This document shows positions 29,799 through 40,136 of a stretch of 64,000 nt of DNA, one piece after another (positions within the stretch are counted from its first letter, which is position 1; every line of letters starts with the position of its first letter). The notes beneath the pieces were generated by a model. That model saw only the letters and a list, made by a program, of their open reading frames with translations. It was not told where the DNA came from and ran no database searches. The stretch comes from an uncultured Clostridia bacterium (GTDB lineage: Bacteria > Bacillota > Clostridia > Tissierellales > Dethiosulfatibacteraceae): the NCBI GenBank assembly GCA_927435965.1, contig CAKMKB010000144.1, positions 2,079-66,078 of the forward strand. Reading direction: 5' to 3'. A program made the translations under genes and the position numbers.

Positions 29799-29822
29799 AC
29801 ACAAGAGAAAGCTCTCTTGTGT
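29799..29822 (+). terminator. hairpin after ygjP-like gene (no U-tract)
   Basis: Perfect 10-bp stem acacaagaga / tctcttgtgt with loop aagc. No T-run follows, so terminator function is uncertain. Confidence 0.35.
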
Positions 29823-29847
29823 AGTCTAAAAAGAGAAAGGATGAAAA

Positions 29848-30312
29848 ATGAAACGACTAATTGTATTAGCATTAATACTATCTATTTTTTTCATACAAGG
29901 ATGTACTACAAGTGAGATTGAGATATTAAAGGCTGATTACCGAGCAGAGTATAATGACATGTATATTTTGGGTGAGCCTTTGATGATTGACAGCTTTGAA
30001 CAATGGGAATTGTTTCTGGAAAGTCATCCGGAACAGTTCCAAAATGAAGATAATCTTGAATGGGATTTTGATGAATTATTCTTTGAAGATAGAATAATCT
30101 ATGCTTATATTTCTAATGAAAGTAGTGGTTCCAATCGATTTGAAGCAGAGAAAGCAGAGGTGTCAAATAATATTTTAAGGCTTTTTATGACGAGAACTAT
30201 TCCTCAAACAGGGACAGATGATTTAGCTACAAGAGTTTGCCTTTTTGGAATCGATCGAGTAAGTATCCAGAATATAAGAACAGTTGAAGCCATTATAAAT
30301 GTAAATAGATAG
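29848..30312 (+). CDS. hypothetical lipoprotein
   Basis: Signal peptide MKRLIVLALILSIFFIQGC with a lipobox Cys. Confidence 0.6.
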   Translation: MKRLIVLALILSIFFIQGCTTSEIEILKADYRAEYNDMYILGEPLMIDSFEQWELFLESHPEQFQNEDNLEWDFDELFFEDRIIYAYISNESSGSNRFEAEKAEVSNNILRLFMTRTIPQTGTDDLATRVCLFGIDRVSIQNIRTVEAIINVNR

Positions 30313-30441
30313 AATATACTTATTGACTTTGAAAGCTATAAATTGTAATGTAGAAATAGCAATTAAAACAATACTACTTGGTATTGTTTTAATTTACAAA
30401 AAATTAGATACTAATCTAGTAGTCTCTTTAGGAGGAGCATT

Positions 30442-31680
30442 ATGCAAGAGAAACTCTATAATCGTTGGCTTGTTGTAGTTGGAGGGCTTATCGTACAATT
30501 TTGCTTAGGTGCGTTATATACCTGGAGCGTGTTTCAAAAGCCTATTCAAGAGATATTCGGTTGGTCTACAACACAAGTATCATTGGCATTTTCAATTAAT
30601 CTGGCTTTTATACCTGTTTTAATGATTTTCGCAGGTCGATTACTACCCAAATACGGACCCACAAAAATGGTTATCGCAGGAGCGACTGTATTATCATGCG
30701 GGCTTTTGATAGCCAGTAGAACGTCTTCTCTCGCTATGCTATACTTAGGGTATGGTGTTTTGGGCGGAGCTGGCATCGGCATCACTTACGGTATCCCAAT
30801 TGCTACTTGTGTCAAATGGTTTCCTGATAAGAGGGGTATGATTACAGGATTGATTGTTGCGGGATTTGGTCTTGGCTCGGTGTTTTATGCGCCTGTTGCT
30901 ACAATTTTGGTTACCAATTATGGACCTTTGAACACGTTTTTCATACAGGCCATATATACAATTGTAGGAGTTATTATAGGTGGAAGACTGATGCGTGCCG
31001 CACCTGATGGTTATATTCCTGAAGGTTGGAGTCCACCACCGGTGAAAGCAGGACATGTTGGACCAAGCAAGTATGACTTCACCCCTAAAGAAATGCTCAG
31101 AACTCCTCAATACTACTTTTTATTGATCACCTACACTTTTGCAAATGTAGCTGGGTTGATGATTATCGCCCATGCTTCACCTATCGGACAACAAGTGGCA
31201 AACCTATCAGCCTTGGAAGCAGGCTCCGTTGTAGGCATTCTTGGCATTGTCAACACATTCGGAAGACTGTTCTGGGGTACAGTGTCAGATAAGATAGGCA
31301 GGATGCGGGTTGTATTTATCATGTATGTTATCAGCGCTATAACTATGTTCAGCTTGAATTCATTAGGAACTTTCTGGCTATATGCTCTTGGCGTAGCTTT
31401 GGTTGCCTTCTGTTTTGGCGGTGCAATGGGAACATTCCCTTCTATCGCTGCAGATTTTTATGGTCCCAAATATGTCAGCATGAATTACGGATTTATTTTC
31501 TTGGCTTATAGCGTTGGTGGAATTGTAGGTCCACGTTTGGCGGCTGTGATAGTCGAGTCATCCAACGGAAGTTATCAGATGGCTTTTGTAATAACAGGAG
31601 TGCTGTGTTCCATTGGTGCCGTTATGGCGCTACTTGCCAAAGCCCCAAAATCGCCAATAGAAATACAAAAAGTCAGTTGA
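30442..31680 (+). CDS. MFS transporter (oxalate/formate antiporter-like family)
   Basis: 12 predicted TMs, N-terminus WLVVVGGLIVQFCLGALYTWSVF, loop motif GRLLPKYGP. Confidence 0.8.
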   Translation: MQEKLYNRWLVVVGGLIVQFCLGALYTWSVFQKPIQEIFGWSTTQVSLAFSINLAFIPVLMIFAGRLLPKYGPTKMVIAGATVLSCGLLIASRTSSLAMLYLGYGVLGGAGIGITYGIPIATCVKWFPDKRGMITGLIVAGFGLGSVFYAPVATILVTNYGPLNTFFIQAIYTIVGVIIGGRLMRAAPDGYIPEGWSPPPVKAGHVGPSKYDFTPKEMLRTPQYYFLLITYTFANVAGLMIIAHASPIGQQVANLSALEAGSVVGILGIVNTFGRLFWGTVSDKIGRMRVVFIMYVISAITMFSLNSLGTFWLYALGVALVAFCFGGAMGTFPSIAADFYGPKYVSMNYGFIFLAYSVGGIVGPRLAAVIVESSNGSYQMAFVITGVLCSIGAVMALLAKAPKSPIEIQKVS

Positions 31681-31723
31681 TTCTCGAAAATGCATTAAAT
31701 TGATTAGCTATACTAAAATTGCA

Positions 31724-31755
31724 ATAGTTCCAGACATTGTCCGGAACTATTTTTG
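31724..31755 (+). terminator. rho-independent terminator after the MFS gene
   Basis: atagttcc / ggaactat stem followed by tttt. Confidence 0.6.
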
Positions 31756-31956
31756 TCTATCAATGCCTTGAAGAAATCTAATGCTAGCTATAGTTAAACT
31801 GTCTGATATTAAATCGAAATGAATAATTGATTGACATATTTATAATGAAGAGTATAATTAACATTAAAGAGACATATGTCAATAACTATTCATGAGTTTC
31901 CGTTTTTATATAATTGATAATGTTTGTTATTTTAATGTAAATGAGGTGTTTGAAAC

Positions 31957-32316
31957 GTGCCAAGACCAAGAAAGTGGAGAAAAGTATGTAGTTTACCTGA
32001 TTCAGATAGATTTGGACCACTCAATGCCAAGAGTGAACAAAACGATTTTGTTATAATGTCGGTTGATGAGTATGAGACCATTAGACTGATTGATCTAGAA
32101 GGATTCACACAGGAAGAATGTGCAAAACAAATGAATATTGCTCGTACGACAGTTCAAGGTATGTATACTGATGCTAGGTTAAAGCTAGCAGAATCTCTTG
32201 TAAATAGTAAAGTGTTAAGAATTCAAGGTGGCGATTATAAACTATGTGACAGTTCAGATAAGGCCTGTTACGGAAAAGGTTGTCGCAGACACCAACATGG
32301 AAAGGTTGTAACATAA
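31957..32316 (+). CDS. DUF134 (UPF0251) putative DNA-binding protein
   Basis: GTG start; MPRPRKWRKVC N-terminus, sigma-70 region-4-like HTH (FTQEECAKQMNIARTTVQGMY), C-terminal Cys/His-rich tail. Confidence 0.75.
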   Translation: MPRPRKWRKVCSLPDSDRFGPLNAKSEQNDFVIMSVDEYETIRLIDLEGFTQEECAKQMNIARTTVQGMYTDARLKLAESLVNSKVLRIQGGDYKLCDSSDKACYGKGCRRHQHGKVVT

Positions 32317-32344
32317 TATAATTTTTATAAGGAGATATGATTAT

Positions 32345-33169
32345 ATGCTAGTTAAAACACTTGTGGAAAACACTACAAAAACCGAAGGTCTTGAAGTCGA
32401 GCATGGACTGAGCCTTTATATTGAAACCCAAAAACACAAAATTCTTTTTGATTTGGGAGCAAGTGGTATTTTTGCAAATAATGCAATGAAAATGGATGTT
32501 GACTTAACTAATGTAGATATGGTCGTTATTTCACACGGACATTATGATCACGGTGGTGGACTTAAAACATTTTTGGAATTGAACTCGAAGGCTAAAATAT
32601 ATGTAAATCAAAAGACATTTGAGAAACACTATGCCAATAGACCTAATGATGTCAAGAAATACATAGGATTAGACGAAGCACTATTAGAAAATGACCGCTT
32701 TATTTTCGCGGGGACTAATATGGTTATAGATGATGAGATTGAGTTGTTTTCAGGTGTAAAAGCTGTGAGGTTGAATCCATCCGGAAACCAGGATCTTTTG
32801 ATGATGAATGGCGATGAGTTTAAAGCCGATGATTTTCGACATGAACAAAACATGATAATAAAACAGGAAGATAAAGCAATTTTGGTTGCTGGTTGCGCTC
32901 ATAATGGGATAGTAAATATTATGGATCATTATCATAACATGAAAGATGAGTTTCCAAATTACGTGATTGGTGGTTTTCATTTGTACAATCTTTCCAGAAA
33001 CACGAATGAAGATCCGATGCTTGTTGGAGAGATTGGTGAAAACTTATTAAAAACCGGTTCTAAATTCTATACAGGTCATTGCACCGGTATCGAATCATAT
33101 AATCATTTAAAGAAAATATTGGGAGATAATATTGATTATTTGGCAACCGGTAGTCAGATAATTATCTGA
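32345..33169 (+). CDS. MBL-fold metallo-hydrolase
   Basis: HGHYDHGGG metal motif; N-terminus LVENTT..GLEVEHGLSLYIET is typical of the COG1237-type group. Confidence 0.8.
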   Translation: MLVKTLVENTTKTEGLEVEHGLSLYIETQKHKILFDLGASGIFANNAMKMDVDLTNVDMVVISHGHYDHGGGLKTFLELNSKAKIYVNQKTFEKHYANRPNDVKKYIGLDEALLENDRFIFAGTNMVIDDEIELFSGVKAVRLNPSGNQDLLMMNGDEFKADDFRHEQNMIIKQEDKAILVAGCAHNGIVNIMDHYHNMKDEFPNYVIGGFHLYNLSRNTNEDPMLVGEIGENLLKTGSKFYTGHCTGIESYNHLKKILGDNIDYLATGSQIII

Positions 33170-33272
33170 TCAACCCGTTTTCTAATCATTCATAGGTATA
33201 GGTCCTAGGTAGTTCATTTGGATAGAATATTATAATAGTGTAACAAGAATCTTGTTGGATAGGGGTGCTTAA

Positions 33273-33782
33273 ATGTTTAAATATGAAACACCGGAATATG
33301 AAGTCATTGCAACAGAGGATCCTTTTGAGTTGCGTCAATATGAAAGTTTTTATATTGTCGAGTATGATAATGTAAATGATCCTGAAATAAATAATGGATT
33401 TGGCACGCTCTTTCGTTATATAAGCAGCGACAATACCGAAAAAAAGAAAATCAATATGACAGTTCCAGTTATTGAAGAAATGACTAGCAATGGACTGAAA
33501 ATGGCCTTTGTAGTTCCAAAAGAGCATTGGGATGATACTCCAAAACCAAACAATCCAAATTTAAGTGTGAAGGAATTTGGTCATGGTCAGTTTGCTGTGA
33601 TTAGGTATAGTGGTTTTTCAAATACTAGCAAAGAAAAAATAAAACTTGAGATGCTGGAATCCTGGATTGAAAAGAATGGCTACAAAAAATATTCGAATGC
33701 TATGCTGGCGTTTTATAATGCGCCATTCACCCCACCTATGTTCAGAAGAAATGAAATAATGATACGTGTGGAAGCTAATTGA
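33273..33782 (+). CDS. SOUL heme-binding family protein
   Basis: YETPEYEVIATEDPFELRQYES, INMTVPV, FAVIRYSGF. Confidence 0.75.
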   Translation: MFKYETPEYEVIATEDPFELRQYESFYIVEYDNVNDPEINNGFGTLFRYISSDNTEKKKINMTVPVIEEMTSNGLKMAFVVPKEHWDDTPKPNNPNLSVKEFGHGQFAVIRYSGFSNTSKEKIKLEMLESWIEKNGYKKYSNAMLAFYNAPFTPPMFRRNEIMIRVEAN

Positions 33783-33796
33783 CCTATTCAAGCAAT

Positions 33797-33845
33797 AAAA
33801 AACCATAATAGATTTTCTAATTCAAATCTATTATGGTTTTATTGT
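33797..33845. terminator. bidirectional terminator
   Basis: 16-bp perfect stem aaaaccataatagatt (33799-33814) / aatctattatggtttt (33825-33840), A-run before it and T-rich tract after it. Confidence 0.8.
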
Positions 33846-33848
33846 GTT

Positions 33849-34424
33849 TTATTTTTTTTTGAAAAATCCACCTAGCATTTTGCCTACATCATCCACTATG
33901 CTGCCATCTTTATCAGCGTCCAGAAATTGTTCAGCAAGATCCATCATACCGCCTTTACCACTTTTTTTCAGTGCACCATTCATCATTGATGACAAGCTGT
34001 TCACATCTATGTTTTGTTGTTTTTGTTGATTTCCCAACACACCGATCAGAAGCGGAGCAAGTTGCTGCAACATGGAGGAGACTTGATTTGTCTCCAATCC
34101 GGTTTGTTGTGCCAGATTGTTCTGAACGGTTTGATTTTTGTTAGAAAAGATGTGATTCAGCATTTTTGCACCGTCATTTTTATCAACATTATTTAAGAAC
34201 TTATCAAGGTCTTCAACATCATCATCTTCATGCTGCTTCAAAGCCTTCATTAAAGACTCAGCACCACCACTTGCTTTTGCGTTTCTATCCATGGCCTTCA
34301 TAATCGTAGGAAGACCAAGTCCAATTAGTTTTTCAACCTTGTCTGCTTCTATACCAGCTGATTTACCTAATTTATTGACAGTATCCTTGTTATTTAGCAT
34401 TTCCATTAAATCATTAATATTCAT
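33849..34424 (-). CDS. DUF937-like protein
   Basis: ATG 34424 is 5 nt after GGAGG. Repeated helical modules (LIGLGLPTIMKAM; LAPLLIGVLG) and C-terminal DADKDGSIVDDVGKMLGGFF. Confidence 0.6.
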   Translation of the reverse strand: MNINDLMEMLNNKDTVNKLGKSAGIEADKVEKLIGLGLPTIMKAMDRNAKASGGAESLMKALKQHEDDDVEDLDKFLNNVDKNDGAKMLNHIFSNKNQTVQNNLAQQTGLETNQVSSMLQQLAPLLIGVLGNQQKQQNIDVNSLSSMMNGALKKSGKGGMMDLAEQFLDADKDGSIVDDVGKMLGGFFKKK

Positions 34425-34513
34425 GATTACCTCCATAGTGAATCGGATTTTACTACAGTATCATTATCTCACAGAAAAACTTATTAATCAATTCAATCAA
34501 TTTTTGTATTTAG

Positions 34514-37105
34514 TCATTTTCGCACCTTAAAAAGCTTACTAATCTCACCAAACAGTAGAGGGATCAAAGAAAAGCCAAATGCTATCATCAAATGATTAAT
34601 TGATAAAGAGTGAATTGCAAAGATGCTCCTAAAAGCTGGTGTCATCAGAATAATAAATGTCAACACATAAGAACCTGCAACGGCTATGTTTAGATATCTG
34701 TTGCCAAACAATCCGATTTTAAACAATGACTTGGTTTCTGATCTGCCTGAAAAAGCACGTAGTAGCTCTCCACTAATCAAGGTAAGAAAAGCGAAAGTAT
34801 TGGCGTAATCAGGATTGATACTAAAGCCAAATCTGAATGACAGCAGAGTTGCCAATGCTAATCCAGTTGCTTGAAAAAGAACACTCAGGGTCATCTTTTT
34901 GTCAACAATGGGAGCATCAGGATTACGAGGTTTTTGCTTCATCACATCATCTTCTTGCGGCTCCATACCGAGTGCAAAAGCTGGAAATGAATCAGTAATC
35001 AAATTGACCCACAAGAGTTGTATAGGTCTCAAAGGAGATCCCCATCCAAGAAGCATGGCAATGAAAATTAAAGCGATTTCTCCGATGTTGCATGAAATCA
35101 GAAAACTGACAAATTTACGGATGTTGCTGAATATGACTCTGCCTTCCTCAACAGCAACTACAATCGAAACAAAGTTATCGTCTGTCAGAATCATATCAGC
35201 TGCTTCCTTGGCTACATCTGTTCCGGTTATACCCATAGCAATACCTATATCCGCCTTTTTCAAAGAAGGCGCATCGTTAACACCGTCTCCTGTCATGGCT
35301 ACTATGTGACCGGATTGCTTCAAAGCGGACACAATTCTGACTTTGTTGTCGGGGGATACTCTGCTGAAGGCATTTGTATAAGCTAATTTTTCCAGGAATG
35401 TAGCATCATCCATCTGATCAATTTCACGACCTGTTATGGCGGTATCCGAACCTTCTAGAAGGCCAATTTCCCTACCTATTGCAGATGCTGTAACAGCGTG
35501 GTCGCCTGTAATCATAATTGTTCTGATGCCTGCAGTATGACATTTTTCGATAGCATGAAATACCTCAGGTCGTGAAGGGTCTATCATACCCGACATCCCA
35601 CAAAAAATCATATTTTCCTCTTCGCCTAGAGAGATATCCTCTGAAATCACTTCTTTGTAAGCATAACAAAGCACTCTAAGGGCATTGGATGCCCATTTCA
35701 AATAAATGGTATTGATTTGATCTCTATAACTGTCAATATCCAGAATATCATCCATAATCTGTACTCTGTCGCATATCTCTAAAATTGAATCTGGGGACCC
35801 TTTCGTAAACATCACATGTTGTCCTTCTAGGTTATGCAAAGTAGACATCATTTTCCTGTCCGAGTCAAAGGGAATTTCGCCTAATCTCGGGTATCTATTA
35901 CGTATATCAGCCTGATTGTATTCTGATTTAGCAGCCATTACAATCAAAGCCCCCTCGGTAGGATCTCCTATTATGCCCACTTGCTCAGAGTCTATTGCAG
36001 CATCGTTGTTTAGTATAGCAGCCTTCATCATATAATCCAGGCTAATCGATGGAGTGATGTCTTTAATCAATCCCTCAAGACCATAACCCGTTCCGGTTAC
36101 TTCATACTCTTTCATATCAACCATTACATTTGTAACGGTCATCTTATTCTGTGTAAGAGTCCCAGTTTTATCAGAACAAATGACAGTGGTGCTGCCAAGA
36201 GTCTCAACTGAGGAGAGGTTTTTAGCCAACACATTGCGTTTAACCATCCTCTTCATACCCAATGCCAGTATGACAGTCACAATAGCAGGTAAACCTTCTG
36301 GCACTGCTGCAACTGCAAGGCTTACAGAAATCATGAAAATCTCCATCAGAGGCATGTTTCTCAACAACCCGAGTATAAAAATTAGAATGCATACAACAAT
36401 ACATGTTATACCTAGTTTATTTCCAAGAGAGTTCAATTTTTGCTGTAAAGGTGTTTCTTCATCCTTTTCTTCTAAAACACCAGCAATCTTACCGATTTCT
36501 GTGTTCATTCCTGTGTCTGTGATTATACCTTGAGATCTACCATAGGTTACAGTAGTCCCCATATAAGCCATATTAATCCTTTCCGCTAGGGGAGCACCAT
36601 CCTCAACTACTGCATTACTATCTTTTTCCACCGGAACCGATTCACCTGTCAGAGAGGACTCTTCGATTTTCAAATTTATGGAATTGAGTAGCTTTAAGTC
36701 AGCAGGAACAAGACTGCCAGCATCTAGCTGCACAGTATCTCCTGGCACAAGACCCTCTGATGGGATTTCTTTTATCACACCATCTCGGATAACTTTAGCG
36801 TATGGAGTAGTCATGTTTTTTAGTGCTTGCACCGCATCACCGGCACTTTTTTCCTGCTTTGCACCAACTAAAGCGTTTAAAAAAACAATTATCATAATTG
36901 CTATGGATTCTGTAAATTCACCTACAAAAGCTGAAATGATAGCGGCTGTAATTAAAATCAATATTAGGATACTTTTAAACTGATTGAAAAAAAGCCCCCA
37001 AAAAGTTATCCTTTTGGCCTCTCTTAATCGGTTTTCTCCGTATTCTTCTAATAGTTTATTTGCTTGCTCGGTAGTAAGTCCTTGTTTTAAAGGGTCCTTT
37101 TGCAA
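34514..37105 (-). CDS. P-type (type II) Ca2+-transporting ATPase
   Basis: DKTGTLT phosphorylation site, TGES, MITGDH, TGDGVNDAPSLKKADIGIAMG, PEGLP in TM4. Likely TTG start at 37105, 8 nt after GGAGG; the ORF track extends to 37174. Confidence 0.9.
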   Translation of the reverse strand: MQKDPLKQGLTTEQANKLLEEYGENRLREAKRITFWGLFFNQFKSILILILITAAIISAFVGEFTESIAIMIIVFLNALVGAKQEKSAGDAVQALKNMTTPYAKVIRDGVIKEIPSEGLVPGDTVQLDAGSLVPADLKLLNSINLKIEESSLTGESVPVEKDSNAVVEDGAPLAERINMAYMGTTVTYGRSQGIITDTGMNTEIGKIAGVLEEKDEETPLQQKLNSLGNKLGITCIVVCILIFILGLLRNMPLMEIFMISVSLAVAAVPEGLPAIVTVILALGMKRMVKRNVLAKNLSSVETLGSTTVICSDKTGTLTQNKMTVTNVMVDMKEYEVTGTGYGLEGLIKDITPSISLDYMMKAAILNNDAAIDSEQVGIIGDPTEGALIVMAAKSEYNQADIRNRYPRLGEIPFDSDRKMMSTLHNLEGQHVMFTKGSPDSILEICDRVQIMDDILDIDSYRDQINTIYLKWASNALRVLCYAYKEVISEDISLGEEENMIFCGMSGMIDPSRPEVFHAIEKCHTAGIRTIMITGDHAVTASAIGREIGLLEGSDTAITGREIDQMDDATFLEKLAYTNAFSRVSPDNKVRIVSALKQSGHIVAMTGDGVNDAPSLKKADIGIAMGITGTDVAKEAADMILTDDNFVSIVVAVEEGRVIFSNIRKFVSFLISCNIGEIALIFIAMLLGWGSPLRPIQLLWVNLITDSFPAFALGMEPQEDDVMKQKPRNPDAPIVDKKMTLSVLFQATGLALATLLSFRFGFSINPDYANTFAFLTLISGELLRAFSGRSETKSLFKIGLFGNRYLNIAVAGSYVLTFIILMTPAFRSIFAIHSLSINHLMIAFGFSLIPLLFGEISKLFKVRK

Positions 37106-37186
37106 AATGTTGGCCTCCAATTTATAAATAATTTGATAATTATTATATATATTAATACTATCATTATAACACAAATAATAAAAAAG

Positions 37187-37211
37187 TCTCCTTGATTAAA
37201 GGAGATTTTTT
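37187..37211 (-). terminator. terminator hairpin downstream of the GtrA-YfhO gene
   Basis: tctcctt / aaggaga stem with T-runs on both strands. Confidence 0.6.
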
Positions 37212-37232
37212 AGAGTTATATAGTATAGCGCT

Positions 37233-40136
37233 TTATGTTATTACTATTTTCCTTTTTTTCCTATCTATCAGTATTATTGAAATGAAAATGACAAGGGATG
37301 CTATAGTGATAATCATTCCAGAGACAAAACCTTCGGGCTCATAGTATAACTCGACATAATGTTGACCTTCAGGTATTGGAATAGATATAAAGGCATCCTT
37401 AAAAGATCGAACTGTAACTTTATCACCGTTGACATAGGCTTTCCAACCATTATCAAAGGGAATGGAAGTGTACATAATGCCATCAATATCTGAATCTATC
37501 GTACCTCGGATAAACGTATCACCATATTCCTCAACTTCAAATGAATTCTCTGATAGATGATTGTAGATATCTATAAACACATCCTCATTGAAGCTATATG
37601 CTGTCAGAAACAGCGATGTAATATCTTCGGATTCAGCTGAAACAGTAATGTCTGAGTCGGGGATTCCTTTTCCGATATTGAGAATATGCTTGTGTCTCAG
37701 ATTGGTAAATGTCATCGGCGGGTTGTCATCCATATCGTATGTTGGTGATTTATTGATACTTACATTTTTTAAAGTTGCTGAATTTGATATATACACATAA
37801 ATATTTCTGTTATCCTCAATCTTCAGAGTTACTGATTTTCCTGAATTTTTGGTTTCTACTGATTCGAACAAGCTTTTATTGATAAGTGTTTCTGAAAAAC
37901 TGTTTTGAACTCTGAATGGATTGGAACTATCTGTCCTCCAGCTCTTTTCGAATTCATATTCCAGCATAAAACCAAGCGGTAATGTATAAATGTTTTCATA
38001 AAGGTAAATACCATCCACGGTCTCAACCAATCGGGTTAGATTACTGGAATCAGTTATTTGATTATGGAGCATATATTTAACGTTTAATATTGATGCGGTT
38101 AATGGTGTATAGCCATCAAAGGAGTAGCTGTTCATAGAGCTTCTGAAACCGAGACTATTTAGATGATTGTTTAAGCCTGCAAAGGCAGTGGATGAAAATG
38201 TCGAAAAGCCTTTATAATGATGCCAAGCTGAATCGTTATTGGTTCTTCTGATCTCTTTTTCAACTCTGTAAAAGCCAGTATCTTGCACACTGATGGTATC
38301 CAAAACCTCACTGATTGCCTGATTGTCAGAAACGTAGACAGTCCTGCTTGCAACACCCAAACCTGTCGCAGCTGTATTGATGCCGGACTCTGACATAACA
38401 ACCAACAAGAGAAGAAATACCATCAATTTTGGTCTAAATGATTCTTTCCTATAATACACTATCAGCAATAGGTAAAAAGTCAAGTAGGTCATATTGAGAT
38501 ATACGATGCCAAAATGATAATCATCACCAGCGATGAACTGTTCAATCATCAAAAAGAAAACGATAGCACCTGTAAAAACACTAAATATTTGGCCCTTCGA
38601 CAATTGTTTTAGTCCGAGAAATCCCTCAAAAGACATGGTTAAAACCATAAAAATAAAAATGAAGGATTGTCTAGCGGGGAGGCTGTTGGGGAAATGCAAA
38701 CCATGCCAAATAAAATTGAAAACATTCATATTGAATCCAACCAGTAAAATCACTAAAAGTATTGTTTTCCCTGTCTTTTCCTTGAAATCGGCTTTTGGAT
38801 TCATCCAATAGAATGGCAACATTAAGAATACAGCCACTGTGCTATAAATGTTAGGATAGCGACCGGATAGTACAGCAGGTTCGACTATCATCAATCCTCT
38901 GCTCAGCATATCAAAAATCGAGAAATAGCTAGTAAAGGTTTTTGGAAAATTAAAGCTACTTGATGCGCTTGCCTGAATGGCATAATACTCGGGAAACAAT
39001 AAAATAGCAGCGAATCCACCAGCTAAAAGTGAAAATATTGCAAACCTTCTGAATCTGTCAATATAATATCTCAGGTTCTTGGTTTGATTGTCAGCAACTA
39101 TCAGCATCAGAAAATAGAAAATACAGAAAAAGCATATCATGATTGATATGTAGTAATTAGAAAGAATCGACAAGCCCAGAGTAATTGTGTAGAGTTTATA
39201 ATCGCCATTTTTCACCAATCTTTCAAGGCCTAAAAGGATTAGCGGGAGCAACAATAGGCAGTCGAGCCACATGATATTCCAACTGAAGGCTGAGAAATAT
39301 GATGACAAAGCATAGAACAAAGAAAATGCTACTATGGCGATGTGTTTTGTGTTGAATCGTTGACTTAAATAATAAGCTACAGTCAATCCTGACAAACCGG
39401 TTTTAACAATAATCAAGATACTCATTGTTTCAACAATATTACCCTCTGGACTGAGAAAAAGAAGCCAGTTAACAGGGCTGCTCAGGTAGTAAGCGTATAA
39501 GCCAATGAAATTTACGCCCATTCCGGTGTGCCATGAATAATAGAAGCTGCTCATGTTCATAATTTTATTATACATTTCCATATAAAAGGGAGCATATTGA
39601 TGATACATATCACTGGTCAGGTAGCAATTATCACCAAAAGGATATATCCCTCTGAATATATATATGATGATTAGAATTAACACTGGTATTAAGAATGAAA
39701 GAAGGAAGATAGGTGACTTTTCTTTTCTTTTTTCCTTTTTAAAAACGAAATATTTGCTTGCAATATAGTTAAGAATCACCACAAAGAAATTAACCAACAG
39801 CTTGGCTAAAAAATCATCTACTGAAAAGATCTCAACCGCAGCGATCATAAAGGACAAGTCGAAAATACCGGATAGAACACGGCTCAAAACAAAGGCTGGA
39901 AATTCACTCCTGATTATTTTAAAATCAAAGCTATTACTGTTGAAAACATAGATTTTATTGGTGAAATATGCAAAGGTTACCGCTAAAACCCAAGCGATAA
40001 CAGTCGCTGTTCGATAATCTAACCCGATAAGTGTGCATATCTTATAAGAAACAAGGTTGACTAGTGTTGTCAGTACACCGAATATGAGATAATTGATAGT
40101 TTCCTTATTGTATATCTTTTCTTTCAGTCTGTTCAT
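37233..40136 (-). CDS. GtrA-like flippase-type domain fused to YfhO family membrane glycosyltransferase
   Basis: First ~135 aa are a four-TM GtrA-like module (YLIFGVLTTLVNLVSY..FTNKIYVF..NYIASKYFVFKKE). The rest is a large polytopic YfhO-like protein with an extracytoplasmic C-terminal domain and a terminal TM. Confidence 0.75.
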   Translation of the reverse strand: MNRLKEKIYNKETINYLIFGVLTTLVNLVSYKICTLIGLDYRTATVIAWVLAVTFAYFTNKIYVFNSNSFDFKIIRSEFPAFVLSRVLSGIFDLSFMIAAVEIFSVDDFLAKLLVNFFVVILNYIASKYFVFKKEKRKEKSPIFLLSFLIPVLILIIIYIFRGIYPFGDNCYLTSDMYHQYAPFYMEMYNKIMNMSSFYYSWHTGMGVNFIGLYAYYLSSPVNWLLFLSPEGNIVETMSILIIVKTGLSGLTVAYYLSQRFNTKHIAIVAFSLFYALSSYFSAFSWNIMWLDCLLLLPLILLGLERLVKNGDYKLYTITLGLSILSNYYISIMICFFCIFYFLMLIVADNQTKNLRYYIDRFRRFAIFSLLAGGFAAILLFPEYYAIQASASSSFNFPKTFTSYFSIFDMLSRGLMIVEPAVLSGRYPNIYSTVAVFLMLPFYWMNPKADFKEKTGKTILLVILLVGFNMNVFNFIWHGLHFPNSLPARQSFIFIFMVLTMSFEGFLGLKQLSKGQIFSVFTGAIVFFLMIEQFIAGDDYHFGIVYLNMTYLTFYLLLIVYYRKESFRPKLMVFLLLLVVMSESGINTAATGLGVASRTVYVSDNQAISEVLDTISVQDTGFYRVEKEIRRTNNDSAWHHYKGFSTFSSTAFAGLNNHLNSLGFRSSMNSYSFDGYTPLTASILNVKYMLHNQITDSSNLTRLVETVDGIYLYENIYTLPLGFMLEYEFEKSWRTDSSNPFRVQNSFSETLINKSLFESVETKNSGKSVTLKIEDNRNIYVYISNSATLKNVSINKSPTYDMDDNPPMTFTNLRHKHILNIGKGIPDSDITVSAESEDITSLFLTAYSFNEDVFIDIYNHLSENSFEVEEYGDTFIRGTIDSDIDGIMYTSIPFDNGWKAYVNGDKVTVRSFKDAFISIPIPEGQHYVELYYEPEGFVSGMIITIASLVIFISIILIDRKKRKIVIT

